The notes under the pieces are model-generated. The model was not told the origin of the DNA. It searched no databases and worked only from the letters and a program-made list of their open reading frames with translations. This document shows positions 57,054 through 64,000 of a stretch of DNA of 64,000 nt, one piece after another. Position 1 is the stretch's first letter. Each line of letters opens with the position of its first letter. The position numbers and the translations under genes are program-made. The stretch is from positions 13,621 through 77,620 of the forward strand of contig CAZWPK010000002.1 of assembly GCA_964635905.1 (NCBI GenBank). The letters run 5' to 3'. Origin of the DNA: an uncultured Pseudomonadales bacterium. GTDB lineage: Bacteria; Patescibacteriota; Microgenomatia; UBA1400; UBA12028.

Positions 57054-58515
57054 AAAGCTCCTCAGCAAAGTACAGCGCAGCGATATCCTCATTCTACTTA
57101 TTATTGCAGTAGTAGCTTTCTATCTTCGTAGTCAAAACTTTTCTCAATCGATCGCTTTTGACAGCGATTTCGGTAGAGATTCACTGTTTGCATTACGAAT
57201 CATGCGCGGAGACTTCACGTTACTTGGACCACAAGCCAGTGTTGGAGGGTTCTATCTTGCTCCACTCTATTTTTACGAAATTGCAGCCATTTACTCGGTG
57301 GTAGGCTTACACCCTCCCGCGATGATTGTTACGTTTATTGCGATGGGTGTCCTGACCGTGCTTCTAGGGTTCATTGTTCTTTCGCGACATGTGTCGAGAC
57401 TTGCAGGCATACTGTTTGCCCTCGTGTCCCTTACCCATCCGGCACTGGTTGTTGCTAGCCGAACGGCAACAAATCAACCCATGATGCCGCTAGTCACCGT
57501 GCTTTTCTTTGGGGTGTATCTGGAAGCTATTAAACGACAACGCTTTCGTTGGTTTTTCATCGCAGGGATCGTGTATGGTTTGTTTTTTCATGTTCACTTT
57601 AGCGCTTTATTACTCCTACCCGCAATTGGACTCTTACTCCTCCATCAGACACGAGGGAAACTGAAACGTAAAATAGTTGCGGCTGTAGTATTTTCCGTGG
57701 GGATCATCGTGATGATTAGTCCCCTAATCGTCTTTGACTTGAGTCATCAACTGATTACCTCCAAGGCTTTCCTTGCGTATGTGTTAGATTCAGCCGCTGG
57801 AAAGGGCATTGCCTCCAATCATCCGCATCTCTCAATTCCTGAGAAACTAGAACGCATTGTCAGTTTTACACTGCCGCAACGAATCCTTGCTGTTGCCATC
57901 CTAGTGCTTTTGGGAATTGGACTTCGCATTCGACGAAAAGTACTCGCACAAAACCTTACCATTTTTACCCTGACGCTGTCGTCGTTAGGAAGCATCGTCA
58001 TGTTAGTGCTCTATAGTGGGTATTTGTATGACTACTATTTATTAATCCCCACGACGCTATTCCTGCTTTGGATTGCTGCAATGGCTTCCAAAGTTCGACC
58101 CTCAGCTATTCTCGTCGGATTAATTGTTACCCTTTCCATAGTCCAGTGGAAAAGTCTTCGCTTCCCTGAAATTTTCCGAACGCAGGAAAATATTCAAATT
58201 GTAGTAGATAGAATTCAAAACGACATAGACGCGACTCAACCGACCTCTTTTACCGTGTTTAAAGATAGTTCTGATCGACTGACAGGTATTGGCTATGAGT
58301 ATCGCTTCCTGTTAGAAAAAGATGGGTATCATCCAGTCTTTGAACAATCGTATGAAAAAGCGAACGTTCTCTATTACATTCAAGAGGAAGGAAACAAAGA
58401 CCCTTTAGTCTCTACCAACTGGGAGACAACACAGTTTGGAGCCACTAAAAAAGAGCTTCTCGATCGGGTCCAAACGAAACGTGGAATTGTGGCTGTCTAT
58501 CGGCTGACGCGGTAG
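57040..58515 (+). CDS. GT-C fold membrane glycosyltransferase (ArnT/PMT-like)
   Basis: 491 aa, about 11 TM; first-loop acidic motif AFDSDFGRDSLFALRIMRGDF; overlaps the epimerase stop by 14 nt (operon). Confidence 0.6.
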   Translation: MRKLRKLLSKVQRSDILILLIIAVVAFYLRSQNFSQSIAFDSDFGRDSLFALRIMRGDFTLLGPQASVGGFYLAPLYFYEIAAIYSVVGLHPPAMIVTFIAMGVLTVLLGFIVLSRHVSRLAGILFALVSLTHPALVVASRTATNQPMMPLVTVLFFGVYLEAIKRQRFRWFFIAGIVYGLFFHVHFSALLLLPAIGLLLLHQTRGKLKRKIVAAVVFSVGIIVMISPLIVFDLSHQLITSKAFLAYVLDSAAGKGIASNHPHLSIPEKLERIVSFTLPQRILAVAILVLLGIGLRIRRKVLAQNLTIFTLTLSSLGSIVMLVLYSGYLYDYYLLIPTTLFLLWIAAMASKVRPSAILVGLIVTLSIVQWKSLRFPEIFRTQENIQIVVDRIQNDIDATQPTSFTVFKDSSDRLTGIGYEYRFLLEKDGYHPVFEQSYEKANVLYYIQEEGNKDPLVSTNWETTQFGATKKELLDRVQTKRGIVAVYRLTR

Positions 58516-58526
58516 AGATTGTCAGA

Positions 58527-58955
58527 TTACGATCGTTTCACTCTGGTGGCAATGTAGTTTCGCAATATGTCCAAGATTGTGTGTTGATGAACGGAATACA
58601 CTGTATCCACCCCGTCGGGAATCATTATTTCTCCCTCAAGTGAAGTTAACCCAACGACTGGAAGTTTACTGATTTCAGGTCGTTGAGCTTTGTAGAAAGA
58701 AACTGGCTTTGGGATATCGTAGATGGGTTTTGCATTTGGCAACTCGTAACGGGGATATATTCCGTTTAGAAAATCAATATCGATAACTAGAGCATCAATT
58801 CCCCAATTGGGATCTTGAGAAAATAGTATATTGTTCATTAAATAGACATACGTAGCAGGAACTCCAAACGTGGATCCTTGAAATCGATGATCTTTTTTCA
58901 CTCTCTGCTGGAATTCGAACCTCTCAACACCTTCAATAAACAGTACTTTGGTCAT
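58527..58955 (-). CDS. Hypothetical protein (142 aa)
   Basis: ORF abutting the downstream GT2; no motif. Confidence 0.5.
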   Translation of the reverse strand: MTKVLFIEGVERFEFQQRVKKDHRFQGSTFGVPATYVYLMNNILFSQDPNWGIDALVIDIDFLNGIYPRYELPNAKPIYDIPKPVSFYKAQRPEISKLPVVGLTSLEGEIMIPDGVDTVYSVHQHTILDILRNYIATRVKRS

Positions 58956-58970
58956 ATTGGTTCTTTAGTA

Positions 58971-59801
58971 TTATTCAACACCTACCATTTCTCGCTTTAA
59001 TCGGCTGACTTCAAAACATAATAAGAAATAATAGAATGCTTGAAAAAATGCCCACTTCCATAACCGCAAGCCTTCTGTAGGAAAGGAAAGAATGAGAGCC
59101 CCCGCAAGAAAGTAGATAAAAATAAATGGGGCGATCCAAAAGTCATAGCGTTTAATCCACTCCAAATGTTTTGGTAATAAACTGCTATTCCATTGAAATT
59201 GTGGGATTTGGTCTACCGGAGTTAATATCTGCTTTGCGTGGATAGAAAGCCACTTGGTGTGTTTGGTGGAAAATGTTTTCCAGGTATTGTTGTCATACGT
59301 TGGTCGGTGACAGAGTTCGAAGTCTACCAACTTCAGGCGTCCCCTTGGAGTCCAATCAGTATGTTGGATACCCAAATACCGCATGCATGATTTCTTCACC
59401 ACTCCAATTCGATGCGGCCATTTCTTGGTAATGTTTTTCTTTCCGTCCCAGAATCGCCATAAAAAGAAATAGGCATCTGCTTCATCCGAATTCACAAGAA
59501 TTCTCAAGTTCTTTTGCAGATCATGGGATAAATACTCATCCGGATCAATGACCAGTATCCATTTACCTTTGGCTTCTTTGAATTGCGTCGCTCGATGAGG
59601 CTCTGCAAAACCTAGTGCTTTAGCCTGTGTAATCACGCATCCATATTTTTTAGCAATCGTAAGGGTGTTATCGTCACAAGGTCCATCATGGGTTAGTAGA
59701 ATTTCATCGCAAACCTTGTAAATACTTTTCAAACATTTCTCAATTTGATAGCCGTCATTATGAGTCACAATACAAGCAGAAATAGTAGACTCAGTGAACA
59801 T
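58971..59801 (-). CDS. Glycosyltransferase family 2-like with C-terminal TM segment
   Basis: ISACIVTHNDGYQIEKCLKSIYKVCDEILLTHDGPCDDNT, DxD-like VIDPDEY; C-terminal hydrophobic helix IAPFIFIYFLAGALILSF. Confidence 0.7.
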   Translation of the reverse strand: MFTESTISACIVTHNDGYQIEKCLKSIYKVCDEILLTHDGPCDDNTLTIAKKYGCVITQAKALGFAEPHRATQFKEAKGKWILVIDPDEYLSHDLQKNLRILVNSDEADAYFFLWRFWDGKKNITKKWPHRIGVVKKSCMRYLGIQHTDWTPRGRLKLVDFELCHRPTYDNNTWKTFSTKHTKWLSIHAKQILTPVDQIPQFQWNSSLLPKHLEWIKRYDFWIAPFIFIYFLAGALILSFPTEGLRLWKWAFFQAFYYFLLCFEVSRLKREMVGVE

Positions 59802-59804
59802 ATT

Positions 59805-60131
59805 CTATGTGCGCGGTACTTTATATGTGTACGCTCCATTGTTGAGCAAATAGTCCTTTATAACTCCTGCTCTTTCATCAAAAAAATCCTCAACAAAGTG
59901 CGATCCTAGATTGGTAACCACCCTTTCTCGAAGTTCATCGACATCAAAGTATCCATTTTCTAAGACGCACCAGATCATAAAATATCCATACCAAGTATAA
60001 GATTTTCCTCGTACTTCAGGGGCTGTATGGATCACATCTATGCCCATTCTTTGACCATATTCTTCTAGCTTATTAGTAAGTAAAGCTCTTCTCGTCTCTG
60101 TTAATGGAATTCTTTCAGCACCTTCAGCCAT
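59805..60131 (-). CDS. Hypothetical protein (108 aa)
   Basis: ORF 4 nt upstream of the GT2; no motif. Confidence 0.5.
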   Translation of the reverse strand: MAEGAERIPLTETRRALLTNKLEEYGQRMGIDVIHTAPEVRGKSYTWYGYFMIWCVLENGYFDVDELRERVVTNLGSHFVEDFFDERAGVIKDYLLNNGAYTYKVPRT

Positions 60132-60165
60132 ACTTTATTTCCTTTTATAACTGTACACATTGGTT

Positions 60166-61290
60166 TCAGTAGTTTAATTCTTTTTTTTCTATAAAAAAAT
60201 CACGAACACTTTTAATCACTGTTTGAACTTGCCTATCAGTCATTTCTGCATACATTGGAAGACTCAGTTCATGGGTAGCAAGATATTCACTAACCGGAAA
60301 GTCACCTTTTCCATGCAGTAACTCTGCATAGGCTTTTTGTAAGTGAATTGGCACTGGATAATGAATCTGAGCACTGATTCCTTTTTCCGAAAGATGCTGC
60401 TGCAATTTGTCACGCTTAGGTGTCAGAATTGCATAAATATGGAACACATGGGTCCTATTCTTATCGGTAACCGGTAGGGTTATCGGTAGGTTTGCCAGCC
60501 CTTGTGCATATATCGTTGCAATTTCTTGTCGACGGGAATTCCAACCGTCAAGATGTGGAAGCTTTACCCGTAAGATCGAGGCTTGTAGGGTATCAAGTCT
60601 ACTGTTCGTTCCTTTCACCAAATGATGGTATTTCTTTTTTTGACCATAGTTGTGAAGCAATGTCACGCGGTCAAAGAGTTTCTTGTTATTGGTTGTCACA
60701 GCTCCGCCATCGCCATAGGCACCCAGGTTCTTCCCTGGATAAAAACTAAACGCCGCAATGTCACCAATTCCACCCACACGTTTTCCTTTGTACGCTGCAC
60801 CATGCGCTTGGCACGCGTCCTCTACAATGAACAGCTTATGCTCCTTAGCAATTTTAAGTAGCGGTGTCATATCGGCTGGCTGACCGTACAGATGGACCGG
60901 CATGATCGCTTTTGTCTTTACAGTGATCGCTCGAACCACGTATTCAGGATCCATATTGTAGTTTTGATCATCGGCATCAACGAGTACTGGTGTTGCTCCG
61001 ACATACGAGACCGCCAATGCCGTCGCGATGAACGTGTTGGCGGGAACGATGACTTCATCTCCTGGACCAATTTCCAAGGCGCGCAATGCCAAAATAAGTG
61101 CCTCTGTACCAGAAGAAACTGCCACGGTATGTTTCACTCCACAATAGGCTGAAAATTCTTGTTCAAAACGTGTCACATCCTCACCTAAGATGAATTGTGT
61201 GGATCCAACCAAGTCTAAAATGGCTTGATCCATTTCCTTTTTGAGTGTCTGATATTGGGCTTTTAGGTCAACGAATGGAATCGCTTGCAT
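60166..61290 (-). CDS. DegT/DnrJ/EryC1/StrS-family PLP-dependent sugar aminotransferase (WbpE-like)
   Basis: FILGEDVTRFEQEFSAYCGVKHTVAVSSGTEALILAL, PLP-Lys context SFYPGKNLGAYGDGG. Start set at MQAIPFVDLKAQ (61290), the first in-frame Met downstream of the acetyltransferase stop. Confidence 0.85.
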   Translation of the reverse strand: MQAIPFVDLKAQYQTLKKEMDQAILDLVGSTQFILGEDVTRFEQEFSAYCGVKHTVAVSSGTEALILALRALEIGPGDEVIVPANTFIATALAVSYVGATPVLVDADDQNYNMDPEYVVRAITVKTKAIMPVHLYGQPADMTPLLKIAKEHKLFIVEDACQAHGAAYKGKRVGGIGDIAAFSFYPGKNLGAYGDGGAVTTNNKKLFDRVTLLHNYGQKKKYHHLVKGTNSRLDTLQASILRVKLPHLDGWNSRRQEIATIYAQGLANLPITLPVTDKNRTHVFHIYAILTPKRDKLQQHLSEKGISAQIHYPVPIHLQKAYAELLHGKGDFPVSEYLATHELSLPMYAEMTDRQVQTVIKSVRDFFIEKKELNY

Positions 61291-61936
61291 ACACGCTCCT
61301 GTAGTGTTCATACGGTTGATGATGTTGTCCGCACCGGGTACAAATAATTTCTTCCACAAATTTGATTACTTTTGCGGGATTTCCCACTGCAACGGTAAAC
61401 TCTGGGACAGATTTGGTCACCACACTTCCGGCTCCAATCACTGCGCCATTTCCAATAACAACGTGTGGAAGAATGGTACTGTTTGCTCCAATAATTGCAC
61501 CATCGCCGATTGTAGCACCTTGCCAGCATTCCGAAAAATCAGGGGGCATAACTGGATGGGGATCATCTGTACAGACAGCATGGGGGCCAAAGAACACATG
61601 GTTCCCTATCTTCGTTTTTTCAATAAAGGACCCGACATGCAAACGCACATCATTCCCAATATGATTGTCATAATTGATCACCGCATTGGCCCAAACACAG
61701 ACATTGTCTCCAATGGTATTTTGTTCGCGGATGAAGACGTGAGGACCTGTCTGAAAGTTATTCCCAATTGTTACACCGGCGCAAATAATGGTGTACGCCC
61801 GAATGACAGCATTCTCTCCGATGATGGTGGGAAGTTCTCCATCGCGCTTGCCATGGGGCGGCCTTCCAATCACCGCACCTTCCTCAATCACAGCGCCTTT
61901 GCCCACTACAACATTTTCAAAAATAACTGTATCCAT
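61268..61936 (-). CDS. Hexapeptide-repeat sugar N-acetyltransferase (WbpD/PglD-like)
   Basis: Multiple LbH repeats (VVVGKGAVIEEGAVIG, IGENAVIRAYTIICAGVTIGNN, IGDGAIIGANSTILPHVVIGNGAVIGAGSVV). Confidence 0.75.
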   Translation of the reverse strand: MDTVIFENVVVGKGAVIEEGAVIGRPPHGKRDGELPTIIGENAVIRAYTIICAGVTIGNNFQTGPHVFIREQNTIGDNVCVWANAVINYDNHIGNDVRLHVGSFIEKTKIGNHVFFGPHAVCTDDPHPVMPPDFSECWQGATIGDGAIIGANSTILPHVVIGNGAVIGAGSVVTKSVPEFTVAVGNPAKVIKFVEEIICTRCGQHHQPYEHYRSVYASDSIR

Positions 61937-61939
61937 ACG

Positions 61940-62938
61940 TTAAATCTCAATACTAGCACCCTTCGATTGAAGCGATTCTTGAGCGGCTTCTAAGACTCTG
62001 ACTAATTTAACACCATCCACTGCCGTTGATTGCTCAAGCTTTCTCGTCTGCAGGGCAGTAAGAAAACACTGGACGGCATCACGTAAGGGCTCGTTTGAAG
62101 GGATGTACGGAGTCGTGATGTCTCCATTTCGCACAACGAGGTGTAACTTTGCAAAATTTGGATCAGTTTGCGTTTGTACTCCCTTATCAAAAAATGTGAG
62201 CTTTTCAGATACCATATCGTCGAAGGCTGCCATTTTTTGATCACCGACGAGTGTTAATTTGCGCACTTTAACCGGATCAATCCAAGAACAAGAAAGATTG
62301 AAAAGTATTTTATTTGGAAACTCCAGCGTGAGAAAGACGACGTCTTCTTTATCTTTTTGAAAATATGATTTCCCTACTGCGGACACTCGTTTTGCTTGGG
62401 TTCCAAATAGATATTGGGCAACATAGATAAAATGGGGTAAATCCCACATTGCAGAGACATCGTATCGAATTGGACCAAGGGCGTTGTATTGTCCATGCGC
62501 ATACAATATTTTTCCTAGCTTCCCTGAATCAATTTCTTTTTTTAGTGTCTGCACCGAGCGATTAAAGACAAAGGTATGATCTACCATGAGAATTCGCTTG
62601 AGTTTTTTTGCGAGAGCCACGAGCTCCTCACCTTGTGCTGCTGTGGTTGTGATCGGTTTTTCAACGAGCACATCTTTGCCAGCTTCTAAAAACTGTTTCA
62701 CAAGCTCAAAATGTGTCTGAGCTGGAGTCACAATAATCACGGCATCCACGCTGTCGTCGTTTAAAAGATCAGAGACTTTTGTAGTTGTCTTCACCGTTGG
62801 GTAGGCTTTCTTCATTCGGGAGAGCGCTTGTGCGTTCAAATCAGCGCACCAGGAGAAATCGACAGAATCTATTGCTGAAAGAATTCGAGCATAGTTTGGT
62901 CCCCAATATCCAACTCCTACGATCCCAATAGACTTCAT
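61940..62938 (-). CDS. Gfo/Idh/MocA-family NAD-dependent sugar oxidoreductase (WbpB/GnnA-like UDP-GlcNAc 3-dehydrogenase)
   Basis: MKSIGIVGVGYWGPNYARIL Rossmann N-terminus, ...LVEKPI..., typical Gfo/Idh/MocA layout; operonic with the acetyltransferase and aminotransferase. Confidence 0.8.
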   Translation of the reverse strand: MKSIGIVGVGYWGPNYARILSAIDSVDFSWCADLNAQALSRMKKAYPTVKTTTKVSDLLNDDSVDAVIIVTPAQTHFELVKQFLEAGKDVLVEKPITTTAAQGEELVALAKKLKRILMVDHTFVFNRSVQTLKKEIDSGKLGKILYAHGQYNALGPIRYDVSAMWDLPHFIYVAQYLFGTQAKRVSAVGKSYFQKDKEDVVFLTLEFPNKILFNLSCSWIDPVKVRKLTLVGDQKMAAFDDMVSEKLTFFDKGVQTQTDPNFAKLHLVVRNGDITTPYIPSNEPLRDAVQCFLTALQTRKLEQSTAVDGVKLVRVLEAAQESLQSKGASIEI

Positions 62939-62988
62939 AAGTTCTTGAAGTGTAGTACTGGTCGTAAAGTTTGCAAAGAGGCAATCAA

Positions 62989-64000
62989 TTACCCATTAAA
63001 AAATTTAAATTCTAGATAGGCTCCAGCCCGAAGCAAAAAAGAACAACATTTCCCACTAACCGTGGCTGGAAGCACAGAACTGGATAGTCGTGAATTTTTT
63101 TTATAGTTTGAAACAAACGTTTGATATTCCCTCGACTCTAGAGTAATCAAGTGGTTCGAGGTCAGCTCTCCCATTGCCACACGTAAAACCTGTTCAAAAA
63201 GTTTAACAATACTCTTGCCCTCGATATTGGTATTAACCATAGTGTTAGCCGTATTGCCAAGTTTTTTTCGTAACGACTCTTTTGTTGCTAACTTCTCTAT
63301 GGCCTCATTCCATTCACTATTATTTCGAACAATCAAACCAGATTTAGTATGGATCACCTGCTCCACTTGGCCATTATCACAGTGGGGAGTCGGATTTGTG
63401 ATGATGGGCTTTCCCCAGTACATCCCCTCATTGATCGCATTGGAGCATCCTTCTCCAATTTTGACACTATGGGCGATGACATCCGTACACTGCATGAGCT
63501 CGAATAATTCTCGATCACTGGAAGTGGGAGAAAGAATCTTAAGATTTGATGAGATGCTTGGATCAAGAAAAGTTAACAATGCAAAGAGGAAGCGTCGCGA
63601 TCTTGGCATTCCTACAATCAGAAATTTAATGGTAGGATGATGTAAGTGTCGTAGCATTGCTTCCGTTAGACCATCACCCCATTTCACAATATCGTTGCGG
63701 CCAAATCTCCCAAAGATTACATCGGAAGGTTTAAATCCAAGGCTAGCTCGTTTAAAGCGTCGTTCCTCCGCTGTCAACGTAAAGCTTCGCAAATGTTCTC
63801 CATGCACTGGGTTTGGAAGAACCACATATTTTTTTGAGCTGTGTTTTCGATCGGTAAGCTGACGTTCAAACTTATACAACATAAACTTGGTTTGAAAAAC
63901 AACGACATCACACAAATCATCCATTTGTTTATCTACATAGGAAAACACATTATTCGCAACAATCGACAGTGCATTTCTCTTCAAAAGGGACAGTAACGCG
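62989..64000 (-). CDS. Glycosyltransferase family 4, partial (N-terminus beyond window end)
   Basis: C-terminal GT1 domain IGEGCSNAINEGMYWGKPIITNPTPHCDNGQVEQVIHTKSGLIV. The ORF-track M at 63984 is a TTG and the frame stays open to position 64000. Confidence 0.65.
   Translation of the reverse strand, partial: ALLSLLKRNALSIVANNVFSYVDKQMDDLCDVVVFQTKFMLYKFERQLTDRKHSSKKYVVLPNPVHGEHLRSFTLTAEERRFKRASLGFKPSDVIFGRFGRNDIVKWGDGLTEAMLRHLHHPTIKFLIVGMPRSRRFLFALLTFLDPSISSNLKILSPTSSDRELFELMQCTDVIAHSVKIGEGCSNAINEGMYWGKPIITNPTPHCDNGQVEQVIHTKSGLIVRNNSEWNEAIEKLATKESLRKKLGNTANTMVNTNIEGKSIVKLFEQVLRVAMGELTSNHLITLESREYQTFVSNYKKNSRLSSSVLPATVSGKCCSFLLRAGAYLEFKFFNG

Noticed and set aside
61304-61993. 229-aa plus-strand ORF overlapping the acetyltransferase.
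   Set aside because: Antisense to a clear hexapeptide-repeat protein; hexapeptide repeats commonly create long antisense ORFs.
1-64000. Searched for CRISPR arrays, transposases, integrases, reverse transcriptases and long tandem repeats.
   Set aside because: No regularly spaced direct repeats and no recognisable mobile-element genes were seen; base composition is uniform, arguing against a recent horizontally acquired island.

Overview
The window is a gene-dense, almost fully coding stretch of bacterial chromosome dominated by cell-envelope biogenesis, with no mobile elements, CRISPR arrays or rRNA/tRNA genes. Genes are mostly on the minus strand, often abut or overlap by a few nucleotides, and use GTG/TTG starts.

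- **1-8.9 kb: rearranged division/cell-wall (dcw) cluster.** Minus-strand order is mraZ-rsmH-ftsL-ftsI-[245-aa unknown]-murE(short)-yvcK/CofD-like-[small ferredoxin-like]-[73-aa unknown]-pgeF-murC. murC runs off the window start. A sigma70-like promoter and two AAAGTGGG direct repeats at 10-bp spacing (MraZ-operator-like) precede mraZ.
- **9.3-14.1 kb.** Lipoprotein; alpha2-type glycyl-tRNA synthetase preceded by a recognisable glycine T-box leader (AGGGUGGAACCGCG box plus terminator); a divergent 552-aa secreted protein with no recognisable domain; a short RecO.
- **14-30 kb and 35-64 kb: polysaccharide/glycosylation supercluster.** Priming phosphoglycosyl transferase, ManC, about 8 GT4 and 6 GT2 genes, Wzm/Wzt ABC exporter, O-antigen-ligase-like protein, hexapeptide acetyltransferases, and 5-7 large GT-C-type membrane proteins.
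  - Two Arn/Gtr-like lipid-carrier modules: UDP-xylose synthase + polyprenyl-P GT2 + GT-C; and UDP-GlcA 4-epimerase + GtrB-like GT2 + small 4-TM flippase + GT-C.
  - A WbpB/WbpD/WbpE-like trio for a UDP-2,3-diacetamido sugar.
  - The cluster is interrupted by a two-component system plus ruvCAB (30.9-34.9 kb).
- **41.7-47 kb: accessory-looking patch.** Secreted Glu/Arg-rich coiled-coil proteins, DUF1801, TspO, three PhnB/VOC-domain proteins, peptidase E.

The most interesting candidates are the multi-GT-C lipid-linked glycosylation machinery (possible polyprenyl-P-xylose / -GalA donors), the unknown genes embedded in the dcw cluster, and the uncharacterised secreted proteins. No toxin, defence or mobile system was recognisable.
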